Assembly: GCA_051453625.1 (NCBI GenBank)
Contig: JBOZIK010000001.1
Coordinates: forward strand, 18,410,138 to 18,443,756
Direction of reading: 5' to 3'
DNA length: 33,619 nt
Origin: Welwitschia mirabilis
Taxonomy: Eukaryota
Position 1 is the stretch's first letter. The number at the start of each line of letters is the position of its first letter. The notes beneath the pieces were generated by a model. It did no database searches. It had not been told where the DNA came from and saw only the letters and a list, made by a program, of their open reading frames with translations. The position numbers and the translations under genes were made by a program. Of the stretch, positions 10,816 through 23,200 are shown in pieces.

Positions 10816-13480
10816 TTTACATATAAAACATAGCTTAAATATGAATTGCATTGTGAATTTGAGAAATGAAATCTAGAGAAATAAGATCTATATTTTTTTT
10901 TTCAAAGTAGCGATTTAGTTGTCATAGAGTTACTAAGGTTTCTTACAAAATGCATTGATTACTCGAGTGAAGACATGAAAGAGACACCCAATCCTCATTA
11001 AATCAATGAGTTGTCAACCAAACCTTTTTAAAAGTAACTAAATGTATTGGTGATTGTTGTGGAGCTACATTCTACAATAAAGAAAGAGGAATAAAAAATT
11101 TATTTCAAATAATTTTTTATTGTCTAAACTCGTTTTAGGATAACAGATCCTTGAATCTTGACATCCATTAGAGACATAAGTTAATAGGGTGGATACCTTT
11201 CTGGCATAATCTATTTTTTGAATAAGCACTTTTTAATTTTTCAAAAACTAAGTTATACCACATTCCCGTGGAGTCGAGACAATTAGCTAACCACTTTCCA
11301 CAAAGGGAGATACCTCATAAAAAGCTATCCAAAGGACCCAAACCTCCTTTTTCATTGTGTAAGAAATCCGCTATGCAAATTTGTAAAATCCTTTTCTATC
11401 ATTATTACCTCATGATAAGAAATTGTGAAGTAACTTTTCAATTCACTTGCAACTTCAAGTAGCAGGCGTCCAACAAGAGGAATAGTACATATAAACAAAC
11501 AAAAACTTTTATACATTAAGTTCTTCCTAGCCACTGTAAGCTTGTTGGCTTTCCATTTATCTACTTTAGAAGCTAATTTATGAATAATAAAGTCCCATAG
11601 TTTCTTAGAAGTCTCTTAAAAAGGATAGGGAATTCCAAAAATTTTGACCACCTCATCATCTTGAAACATTTGCACAGTTTTGAGAGAAGCCATATATTAT
11701 TTTTGAAAAGGGTAAATACCAAAGTCTTTGCCCAATTGATTTTAGAGCTAAATAGAATAATAATAAAGATCAATTTCAGAGAGCAGTTGCTTAATTACAA
11801 CTTGAGAATTTTTAATTAGGAAGGAGTCATTTACAAAGTGCATGTTGATAAGCTACTTTAGATTTTTAGCAAGATAGATACCATGAATGAGGTTCTTTTG
11901 CTAGTCATTCTAAACAACATGACATAAAAAGCATATTGCAATAATAAAAAGAGAGGAAGCCAAAAGACATCCTTGGCTTATAGATCTTTTAATAAGAAAG
12001 GTGGAACTAATACTTCCTATAATGGTAACACAAGCATTTGCATCTTTAAAAAATAATTTACCTTATGAATGAAAATCTTTCCAAATCCTAGCGTCCTATG
12101 CAAGGTAAGCTAAGGTTCTATTCAATTTTATCATAGTATTGTGGATAATCAAGTTTAAGGAAGACAATATCTTTATTAATATCGTTTTCCAATGTTAAAA
12201 CTTTTCAAGCAGATACAGTATTATTAACAATATATCTACCTTGAACAGAACCACTTCACACAATACAAATAATATCAAGTGGGATAGTCTTTGACTGATT
12301 AGCTCAAAATTTAGCTAAATTTTTATGAAAAACATTATGTAATTGGCCTCTAATTGGAAAGAGAATGTCCATGACTTGATTTTGGCACAAAATGAATGAT
12401 ACTTTAATTAATCTTTGGATATAAGTTGCCTTCATCTAAGACTTCGGGAAGTACCTTGAAGTAGTATTTTCCAATAATATCCCAATGGTTATTATAAAAT
12501 TCTAGAGAAAAACCATTTTTTCAAGGAGCGTTACTAGTAGCCATGTTAAAGCGAGCTGCTTTTAACGCCTTATCAGTAATATCTTTCAACATTGGGTCAG
12601 GTATGTGATTCCACCATTTTAAAGTCTTTTACACTTGATCTTTTAATTATTTATTCAAATTTAGAGAATCAATTGAAATAGAAGCATGTGCATTTTGTGA
12701 AACTACAGGCTTATTTAGATATTAGCTTCTTTCCCGTTGTTGGATGAATAAAACTAGATACCATGAGTTGTTGGTGTTTTATGCTTCTTATGAAGTATTT
12801 TGACAAATGAACGTTGAAGAGAAACAAGTTTAAGCTCGTTCTTGTGAAGTTCATCAATAGACTTCTTTCATTCTAACAAGGGATAATGCTTAAGCAAATG
12901 ACCTTCTCTTTGGCGATAGTTACGTGAATTTAGAAGATTAAAGTAAACAACCTATTATTGATTAGTAATAGGACTAGCATTAAGGGATAAAACTTTCTTT
13001 CTAATATTCAAATCCATATCTATGAAGTACATTGTTCTAGCTCCTAACAAGAGAGAGGATTTAAGTATCAATGAACGGGCTAAGAAGCTTAACAATCTCA
13101 AGCTCAAAGTTTTTAAAAATAGGAGGCAAATAGTAAGTCTATAGAACAAGGCATAGACACATGATGGTGTTTTGGAGCATTAACATCAAAATTTGGTTTC
13201 CATTATCAAACTATAAAATAGCATGGTGATGAGCAATATTACATAAACAGAATTGCTTTCTCTATAATAGAGGTTTTAAAGAACTCAAACTAGTAAAAAA
13301 TTCCAAGCAAAATATTTTGCATGCAAGGCTAGGATAGTTATTCATTTGAGGAGATAACTTAAGATTTGCAAGAAAATATATCACCAGGAAAGATCAACAA
13401 CATGTTGCTCAAATAAATTATCAAGCATGATAAAACCAAAATCTATACCTACTATTTTGCCTTGGAATTATCCAGTGAGG
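10612..13480 (-). mobile_element. Degenerate L1-type LINE ORF2 (endonuclease, RT, zf-RVT)
   Basis: Minus-strand motifs in the expected order: IFLQ (~13370), DVNAP (~13180, cf. NVYAP), GFSLEFYNNHWD (~12510-12480), IVFLKLD (~12160, cf. LKLDxxKAYD), KINWAKT (~11735), EKGGLGPLD (~11345), CILCES-type CxxC (~10760). Many stops and frameshifts. Confidence 0.8.
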
Positions 13481-14379
13481 TTCTTTCAGATTCATATTCA
13501 ATAGTGTTTACAATATTTGAAATGCCCATTGCAAAGTTTAAGAGCCTTATATCATTATATTTATAAAAGACCCTCTCTGGTTTGCATCCAAGTCTTCATA
13601 ATTTCATAAGTTTATTTCATTATGTATAAATTTCTCTATTACTAGAAAGGTTTGGGTAAGATGTATCAAGTTTAAACTATTTAAAAGTTTCTCATATAAA
13701 TACTAATTAAAAATAAACACTTTAAAAAGTTGTAGAAACAAGACTTAATTGAGAATCAATAGACAAGTTGTAAACACCTAAATAAAATGAAGATAGAAAG
13801 TGAGTGAATCATAATCCCATTAATATGATAAGCGTATTTTTATCCAACAAAAACTTGCCATACATTCTAACAATCAAGAGAGTAATATTTGTTAAGAAGA
13901 CATCCTATATAGATTTAAGTGGGGTTATACTTTAATTTACTTTCATTTTAGTGTCTTTAGTTTGAACATTATATTTCTACACTTAGCGAACTCCATTATA
14001 TACAGGTGGATAAGTATAAATAGATGTATTATTTCTTAGTTAAATTAATGTAATAGGATATCAGTCATACTTTTGAAAATGCAAAAATCAGATATTCAAA
14101 AATGATGATGTCACTAATATGGAGGCAATAACGTTTATGCCTTGAAATTGTGCAAGATAAAAAAAAAAAACCAAAATTGCATTGATTGTATGCAAAAAAT
14201 AAAATAAGAGGTTCTAGGAAAATGATAAAATAATTTTATTCCCATTCTGGGAATGGTCTAGGAAGTTCACCCTTAATCCCTTGAAATAGAGAAGACAAAA
14301 TGAACCATAAAAAGAAAAAAAAGGATGAGTCCTTATTACAAGTAATGTTTAATAGTTTAGTTTAGCTACAAGACAATGG

Positions 14380-15600
14380 GATCAACTTCCTTTAATTGCT
14401 TAGTTGGTTTCTAAGTTTATAGATGTTGCATCACCACCAAGGACTTTTAAGCCTTCATTTATCATGTTTCTTGACGAAGATATCTACTACTTATTAACTC
14501 GCATCAAGCTAAGTTATCTTGATTTATTTTCCTTTTATTAAATAATGAGTTAAATGATTCTTAATGCGAATGGGTTTCGCTTTATCATGATGCACTAGTT
14601 TATCAATCATGGTAATTACACTAGCATTCTCAGATTACATGTGACTTGATCACTATATCTTTAGCCCTATCTTGTGTTGAAATGGCTCTAAAAAGAAAAA
14701 TTGTGACATTACTTACGTTATTGTTACATATTCTACTTCGGTAATAGAAGGAACAATATGAAATCATGAGTTAAATGATTCTTAATGTGAATGGGTTTTG
14801 CTTTATCATGATGCACTAGTTTATCAAACATGGTAATTACACTAGCATTGTCACATTACATGTGACTTGATCATTGTATGTTTAGCCCTATCTTGTGTCA
14901 GAATGTCTCTAAGAAGAAAAATTGTGATGTTACTAATGTTGTTGTTACATATTGTACTTCAGTAATAGAAAGAACAAGAGTGTCTCATTTCTTGGAGGAT
15001 TATATGATTGGATCGACATCTAGGAAGAAGTAATTGCCTAACGTTATATTCCAATCATCTTGATCTACTACTAAATCTACATTGGGATAGCCATAAGACA
15101 TTTGTTTTGTAATAGATTGAATTGTAGTTCATTGTATCTTTTAAGTACCTAGGGAATTTTAGTTTAGCTTTGAGATGTGATGACCAAGGAGTTTTGTGTG
15201 AAGTGATATAGCTAAAATATTGAGAATTTTAGTTCAAATTAGGAATTGATAAGAAACATTAGGATTTCAACTATTGACTGATAAAATTTAGGATCAACTA
15301 AAGGTCACTCCTTGTCTTTGCTAAAACAAGAGTCAAGTGGTAACAAAGTAAGGAAGGTTTCACAATTGATCATTTTATACATTTTTAGCATGACAATCAT
15401 AAATTTGTTTTATGATATGATAATTTATGATGGTATAATTTGTGATGGTTCTTTAATGACATAAAACCTAAGAAAATGAATCAAGAATCCAAGGTCAGAC
15501 ATTTCATATTTGGATTCATTAGGTGAAGAAAGCTCTTTGTTTATGAATAACATATGGAAACAACAATCAAGTTATTTTTAAGTATAGAATAAAGAATCTC
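14380..15600 (-). mobile_element. Degenerate Ty1/Copia RT-RNase H fragment
   Basis: Minus strand: HLKAKLKFPRYLKDT (~15150, cf. KRILRYLKGT); GYPNVDLVVDQDDWNITLGNYFFL..SSKK*DTLVLSITEVQY (15090-14950, cf. GYSDADWAGD..SSKKQ..LSTTEAEY); LVHHDKAKPIRIKNH (~14590, cf. PVFHxRTKHIDIRxH); VDIFVK (~14480). PPT-like aattaaaggaag near 14385-14396. Confidence 0.85.
14545..14977 (+). repeat. Tandem duplication, period 221 bp, within Copia RNase H
   Basis: atgagttaaatgattcttaatg begins at 14545 and 14766; copies collinear to gtaatagaa.gaacaa with scattered substitutions. Confidence 0.95.
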
Positions 15601-15809
15601 TCATATTTCTAATGTAAAAAATGTATGCTAAAATTAATCATAAATCCTATGATAAGCAAATAGATATGTAAAAAGTAAGAGTTTTTATGATAAGTATTTA
15701 TCATGTTGTAATGCATACATTCCTTTATGACTTGTGGAAGCATGTGAAACTTAAAACTTTTTGTGACTGACATACCCTTGAGAGTACAACCACAATGATC
15801 GTCCAAATA

Positions 15810-15930
15810 AATGATTTAATTATGTCGAGGGCCTCATAGTATGCTAATCAAGTCATTCGAAAGGTTTAAACTCATGACCTCTTAAAGGCAGCACAAGTGT
15901 TCTACTAGCTAGACTACCATCTTGTTGGTT
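15810..15930 (-). mobile_element. tRNA-derived SINE-like remnant
   Basis: Minus strand has A-box-like ggtagtctagctagt and gaggtcatgagtttaaacc with a degenerate B box (15863-15873). No cloverleaf or TSD; 3' end uncertain. Confidence 0.4.
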
Positions 15931-16826
15931 TTCCGTAATGATTTTTGTTAATGGTTTTTAAGTATTAGGAAAAGACATGAAGCTACCTATATAACTGATA
16001 TATTAAATTAAAAGGAGTACTAAAATCATTAGAAAATTTAGTTAGGAATCAATGTTGTTGAAAGGGAAAGTCATGTCTTTAGTATGAATAATATACAACA
16101 AAAAGTGAGAATCATGATCATACAACATAGATCTTGTAGAATTCCCACTTGTATGAAGCTACCATCCTTAATAAGTCATATGAGCTATAGTCTTTTGTGT
16201 TTGATTTGCTTTTGGGGGTTTGGATGTGTTGGACCAAAACTGTAGTACAACAACATAAAAGGCAAACATACTTATCAAACAAAAATAACAAAGCTTTAAA
16301 GTCTATAGTTTATTTTTTAAAAAAAAAAAGTTAAAAATAATTTGCAATATTTTGATAATTATTATAGCTGTGATCAAAAATCTTCAAACCATTTTATAAA
16401 TAATATTTCATGAACATTAAACCAATAAAGTACTCTTTCTTGTTCCATGATTTTTCCCTTCTAATAGGACATATGGTCTACATCCACAAGATTGTTACAA
16501 AGGTTAATATTTGTTGACAATATGGAAAAGTTTTGCTCTTTATCTTTGTAAGGTAAAAGCTGTTGGATTTGAACCACGAAGGGTATTCTCAAATCTTTGA
16601 TGGCAATTGAATTAGATTTTATAGGATTAACTCCATTAACTGTCTGGGTACTTTGCAATTCTACAATACTAATTTTTTTTGTTGAAAAACTTTTTCAAGA
16701 ATCAAACCCACAACTACAAAGTAATTGGAACACTCCTTAACCATTAAGATGTCTCCAAAAAAAACCTGTAATACTAATTTTATATAAACTTATTAATCTA
16801 ATTAATAATTTAAATAAAGATATTAA

Positions 16827-16905
16827 AACTGTAACGTTAGCAGAAATATCTACATGGTATAGTAGAACTGTAATGTTAGCAGAGATCTCTATACCGTATC
16901 ACAGC
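16827..16905 (+). repeat. Short diverged tandem repeat (~39 bp x2)
   Basis: aactgtaacgttagcagaaatatctacatggtat then aactgtaatgttagcagagatctctataccgtat. Confidence 0.7.
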
Positions 16906-17040
16906 GGACCAAAAACCCTTATGAATCTATCTAAAAAAAGAATTATTTCAAAAATTCTTTGTGATTATAATAGAGAATTATGTAAAAAACTCAGATTCCA
17001 AACTGAATTATTATGATACCAAAATAAGGCACGTAAAAAC

Positions 17041-18305
17041 ATGTCTGCAAGTGTCAGCTCTGTAAAACTCTTTTCCTGAAAAAAGAGGAAGACGCGATGG
17101 TTGTCAGCATTTCAGGGGGTTACTTATGAAGGCATGAAGAAGGCCTAACAACCTAAAAGACATGCAAATTGTGGCTTTGATCTTGGGCAGTGACCTTTGT
17201 AGGCAATGTCAGATAACAGATTTATATCAAGATAAACAGGAAGTAGAAAACCTGGTTTTTCTTTCTTTAAGGCAGCCATTGTATTATGCATTTTGTTGGT
17301 CAGCCAAACCGGGAAGAGAACCAACATTTGCAAGGGAGGAGACCTCTGCAAAAATCCGTCATAGAAAAAGGGCTTTACTGATTCATAAATGGCGCCCAGG
17401 ACTTCATGCGCGTAGCTTTCAAGCCTGGAAGCCAGCCCTAGGTAGAAACAGAAGAGGGTGGTAGACACTGAAGAAATGCAAGCGCCAGAAGCGAAGAGGT
17501 TAGAGATCTCCATTCTGGAATTTCCAAGCCACTACTAAAAGAATAGTTCCAACGTATTCCTGGATTGTTACTCCATTGATACGTTTCCTATACTTCGGAT
17601 TGTCTCTCATATAACTTCTGAAAGGAAGAAGAAACAGTGATGCAAGTTAATCTGTGATAAAGATGAAGCCCAGACGGAAACAATTCAGGAAAAACTCTCA
17701 AAGACCAAATTCATAAAAGTAATGTGTTCATGCAGCTAGCCGTCAACTTGGGTGCAAAAGCCATGATCAATTTTGTCAGAGCATTGATGAAAATCAAGTA
17801 ATTGAAAAGCCTTCTTGAGATTTCAAAGATTAATTCAAGTGAGCTCAGAAGCTTAATGTAAAAACTCCTGAAAGGAAGTGTAGATAGTATTTTGTTTTGC
17901 AGGAAAACGTGCAGTTAAGAAAAGATTTGGATGAAACTACTATGGAATTACTTAGATCCCATAAGAAAGAAGATAAAAAGACTGCTCAGATTATTGTGCT
18001 TCAACTTCAATTGGATAATTTAGCTCATAAGAAGAAAAACTTAGGGAGAAAAGCACAAAATTTGAACAGAAAATCTCAGAATCAGTGTGTCTCACAGCAA
18101 GATCTTATGCCAAGCTAGGAAGGGCTTGATGTGATGAGCCCAAGGACCCGTGTGGGGTTGATGATAATATGAACACTTTCAACAACATTTGAGTGCAGAT
18201 TTTGATGATCAGCCTTGAGACAAATATGTATGTTGAAAATGTTCCAAAATATAATTGAAAAGGATATTTTGTATGTTTCAGAAACATCATAATGAGAGAA
18301 AATTC
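17041..18305 (+). mobile_element. Interrupted coiled-coil ORF remnant, probably an LTR-retrotransposon accessory ORF
   Basis: Broken protein-like frames from ATG 17041, including VDTEEMQAPEAKRLEISILEF and QENVQLRKDLDETTMELLRSHKKEDKKTAQIIVLQLQLDNL, followed by catcataatgagagaaaatt (~18286-18304), resembling a decayed PPT. No host gene structure seen. Confidence 0.3.
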
Positions 18306-18319
18306 TTGCTTATATTTGT

Positions 18320-18753
18320 NNNNNNNNNNNNNNNNNNNNNNNNNNNNNNNNNNNNNNNNNNNNNNNNNNNNNNNNNNNNNNNNNNNNNNNNNNNNNNNNN
18401 NNNNNNNNNNNNNNNNNNNNNNNNNNNNNNNNNNNNNNNNNNNNNNNNNNNNNNNNNNNNNNNNNNNNNNNNNNNNNNNNNNNNNNNNNNNNNNNNNNNN
18501 NNNNNNNNNNNNNNNNNNNNNNNNNNNNNNNNNNNNNNNNNNNNNNNNNNNNNNNNNNNNNNNNNNNNNNNNNNNNNNNNNNNNNNNNNNNNNNNNNNNN
18601 NNNNNNNNNNNNNNNNNNNNNNNNNNNNNNNNNNNNNNNNNNNNNNNNNNNNNNNNNNNNNNNNNNNNNNNNNNNNNNNNNNNNNNNNNNNNNNNNNNNN
18701 NNNNNNNNNNNNNNNNNNNNNNNNNNNNNNNNNNNNNNNNNNNNNNNNNNNNN
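18320..18753. other. Assembly gap (434 N)
   Basis: Run of N flanked on both sides by TTGCTTATATTTGT. Confidence 0.99.
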
Positions 18754-18799
18754 TTGCTTATATTTGTCATGGATAACTTTGTTCATGGATTGAGCTTGG

Positions 18800-18865
18800 T
18801 GCATAGCTTAGTTGGTTGAAACCCATTTATAAGGAAGGACCCTCAAATGTCTCAGGTTTTAATTA
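18800..18865 (+). mobile_element. tRNA-derived SINE-like head remnant
   Basis: A-box TAGCTTAGTTGG at 18804-18815; degenerate B-box-like caggttttaatt at about 18853-18864. Confidence 0.3.
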
Positions 18866-19589
18866 AATAAAATTGAAACAAAGGGATATTAATCTATAGA
18901 TCATTAAACAAAAATAAATAATGATTTTGGTACGTTTGAAAGAATTTGAAAAAAGAAAAAAGGAAAATTTTCAATGCAAAAATTGATTCTTACTCTAAGT
19001 GGACCTACTTAATTGCAAAAATACAAAGATATATATGATTTTGTCATAAATGAGTAAGAGAAAAACCTTTTGTCAATAACAAGATAATTCCTATAAGGGA
19101 TTTGTGAGTAAGAGGGAGTGTTGTGGATTGATGCTAAGGTTACTCATAAATCCTAGGATAAGCAAACAAGCATGTAAAATGTAAGAGGTTTTATAATTAG
19201 TATCTTTCATATTGTAATGAATACCATTTTTGGTGATTTTTGTTGCTAATTATTTAAGAAAAGATGCAATACTAATTACAAATATTGATATAGTAAATTA
19301 AAAAGGTGATTAAAATCATAATAAATTTAATTAGGTATAAATATCAATAAAATCAAAAGTTGCATCTTATAGATATTATAAGTATGAAATTCCATAGTAT
19401 CAATAAAAAGAATAAATTTCTTTCATGAAATCTGAGAATCTTGATCATACAACGTAAATCTACTAGTTCCTTGTTTTGTATTTTCTATCAATAATTTGAT
19501 GGAAGAGAATCCGATTTCAAAAATAAATAAATAAATCTTAGCAGTTTATGTGTATAGTAGAAAGAATGAATTTTATTAAAGTTGCTATT

Positions 19590-20070
19590 CTTTAAATTAT
19601 TTAAACTTCATGTAGGAGTTCTCCAAGAATTTCTGTTACTTACTCTACAGTAACATATTGCACTTTGGAAGTTTCGTTTAAAACTAGTTTCATCTCCTCT
19701 TGATGTTCATCGGTATCTACTGTGTTGCAACCATTGGATTCTATGTCATGTCAACTGATTTATTACACACAGACAATTATGTTGATCCTTTCTAGATGAA
19801 TTGAAAGTTTCTGATAATTTTTGCATTCAAATGATTTTCGTGCTTGCTTTTGATGTAGCAATATACTCACATTTTGCTGAAGGGTTTATTGTAGTTTGAG
19901 CACTAAAATGTATGAAGATTCCAAAAATGTAATCTTGTACAGGATTCTTAGTGTCCTTAAAATCACCAAAATCTAAATGTGCAAATGCTGTCAACTCAAC
20001 TTGATGATTCTCTTGAAAAACTATAGACAAAACTCTTTATTTACTTCCTTCAAACTTGCATGATTGGATG
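19590..20070 (-). mobile_element. Second degenerate Ty1/Copia RNase H fragment
   Basis: ORF 19827-20030 ELTAFAHLDFGDFKDTK..INPSAKCEYIATSKA resembles LxGYSDADFAGD..LSTxEAEYIA. Downstream CNKSVDMT*NP resembles CDNKSAI..KNP. Confidence 0.7.
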
Positions 20071-20229
20071 ATATTGACTTCACTTGGGATTAATCATATT
20101 GTGAGAGAACAAAAATAAATAAAGCAACCTTATAGATGCTTAATTTGAGCTTTAGACAAAAAAATTACTAGAACTACATAATAGAAGTGGATATATATTC
20201 CATAATAAAATTAATCCTAACACACTAGG

Positions 20230-23200
20230 GGGTGCTTTCTCGCAAGCATTTTCCTTTGGAGAATTTTACTAAGGAATTCTCCAAAATATCATAAAGGGGT
20301 TCATCCTTGGCTTCTTAGATTCCTCATAACCTAGACATACATTGGACCAAGCTAGGAATTAGGTAGCTATGAAATTGATAATTACTAGTCATGTTTAGGA
20401 TATTGTCATGCCTAAGAAACTCATTCTATTCTAGATTAACTTGCTAAAGACACAGATGAGGTTCTGGTTGGCTCATAGGTTTTGCCATTTATGGTTTAGC
20501 CTTGGCAAAATGGTACCTTGGGCTCCAATTATATCCCAATTGTTTTAGGGGATACCAATAGGGATCAGAATTCCAAAGTTCCTCCTAGAGTTTTTGGATG
20601 AAAAGTATTGAAACACTAGACAAGTAGCTTAGAGAACTCATCCATTTCGATAGAATAACTGTTAAGAAACCGAGGCTAGTGTTAACCTGTTCCTATGTAT
20701 AGATGAGTTCAAAGAATATTCAAACTATGAAATTTCAGTCTAAGTGGGAAGAATATATCCTCCAAGTTGAGTATAGGAATCTTCCCGCCCCATGCCCAAA
20801 GTTTGCGATGTCACCATGCTAGAATGTGCAACATACAATCTCCAACATGCTTTTAATGTAGAAAGATGAGTCATAAACTTTAAGAATGCAGGAGGAGCAT
20901 GGCTAATCTAAAGGAAAAGGACTGCATACACTTTGTATGCAAATTTGAACACTACACGATGGACTGTTAAGCCAAGAAAAAGAGACAAAGGCCCCATTAA
21001 GAGAAAGGACAATATTTTCCCAAGAAGAAAGCTCCCAAACATGAATAAAAATAAAATGAGAATCCATTTTTCCCCCTCCAAGACGAGAAGCTACCATAAT
21101 AGGGGAAGAAGCCCATTTCTAGCAATACAAACACTCTAGAACAATAGTCTAGGGTCCCAAAAAGGGGTGGAAACACCGCTAGTGAGGATACTATCCTAGA
21201 ATTGTAGGAAATTATCCCCTTATAAAAAAAAGAACCCTAAAATGTTTTGTAGAAGAAGTAAGAAGTAGATGTAATTTGTCTCCAACAGACCAAAGCGCAC
21301 CTAAATAGGAGAGAGGGAACAAAACTATTGTCTCAAGCATAGGAAGAACAAGTGCTTCATTACCTTGGGCAAGTAGAAACTAAATATTATTAACAGCTCT
21401 AATTAATTTCTTACTATTGAGTTGGAAGCAGAGGGATGGTACCTAACTATATTTTATGGGTCTCAAAACCAACTGAATAGGCCAAGCCGATGTGATAGCA
21501 TGTAAAAGGGAATTCCAAATAAATCTACGTGGATAGTCCTAGGTGACACTAACAAATGTCGTTTCAAATGGGAGAAAAAGGATAAGTCAATTATGGAACA
21601 GTAGGAGGGCAAAATTGCTCTAGAATTTTGTTATGATAATGAACTTGTTAATATACCTAATACAGCACAAGGATGGGACATGGTATGGTCTAGACCAAAA
21701 TCTATCGCATCCTAATAGCCAAACGTATTGTTTTTAAACTTAATTGCTTATGTTGGACCCTAAACAAAAGGTATTGTGAGTATGGACCAATTATGACCTT
21801 GTCGAAAACTTCTCCTACCAAAACTTCATTTGTTTTTAAAAGTATTAGATGGGAAAGAAGGAAATCAATAACTTAAAACTATCATAAAAAGGTATCAATT
21901 TTCAAACATGGATCCCATTTGAGTTTCTCTTGCAGGGATGACAAAAGCTCAATTATCAAGTTAGATACCTCACAACAAAGACAAGTGTAATTTCCAAAGA
22001 AGGAATCAATTGCAGCAAGCATTGCACCAAATTTAGAGCAAGCAAGAAAGCTCAAGAGAGTAACGTGTGTATGAGACATACAAGTTATCGAATGAAATCT
22101 AAGAGATTCAAACTGTGGAAAAGCTATTAGAAGCAAAAGTCTAGAATTCAATGGCTCAAAGGATCCTGATTCTTGTTCAAGACAACTTGTCAGTATAACA
22201 ATACAAATAAACTTCATAGACTTAAGACATCAAAATGAAATTCTTTATGAGGAGCAAAATATNNNNGAACTTTCAACAAACTTAATACAGGAAAACAAAC
22301 AGAATAATGATAACCTAAAAAAACCAAGGCAAGAAGTTTGTTTAGCTCTAAGGTCAATGAAGCAAAACAAGGCTCCTAAACATGATGGCTACTTGTAGGA
22401 TTCTTTAATGCTTAGAATTTAGTGGAGGCCATCTAGTCGAATCTAAACGAGGGGAAAATCTGAAAGGAATTAAACTATACCAGAGTGGTTTCTACCCCTA
22501 ACAAAGCAGAGGCAGATCATCCAGAGGAGTTTAGACCAAGTGAAGTATGTAATGTTATCTACAGAGTATGTGCAAAAGTGTTGATAGGTTATATCACCCT
22601 TGCTTATAGTTACAAACATTCTACTTAAGATTCAGATGAAAAAGAGAGTAGGGTTAAAAATTGGACAGCAAAGATTCATCAGCAATTGCTATGCTAATGA
22701 TACTATAATTGTGGCTCTAGCTGGCTCCCAACAAGCTTCGTGCATTACAATCAATGTGGAACACATCAAGCCCACGAGTCTTGATGTCAATTGGGACAAA
22801 TCTAAAATCCAGTTTGTGGGTAAGGCTTCTAAAACAAGGCAGTAATATGAGCATGCTCCAAAGAGGAATTGTTACAAGATGTTTCTTTGGACATCCCAAT
22901 ACATGGGAAGGGAAGATTGAACGAAGCTTTTCATAATTGATGCACCAACTGGGACAATCAATATCTATCCAAAAAGCTAAGTATCCTAGCAAGTTCCTCC
23001 ATAAGTACAATTATTCGACATACCTCTTCCATTATCACCCCCAAATGTTGGATCATCAAAAAATAGTTCGTTCAAAAAGGAAGGATGGAGATAGAATTCA
23101 CTTGGCTAAATGGGAATCCATTACCAAGCCTAGAGCTTCTACAGGGGAATACAAACATTTGTATCCTAATAGGACTAGCCAAGCCCATTTCAATCAAACT

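Noticed and set aside
18105..18819. Four long ORFs spanning the gap
   Set aside because: Artefacts of translating N runs.
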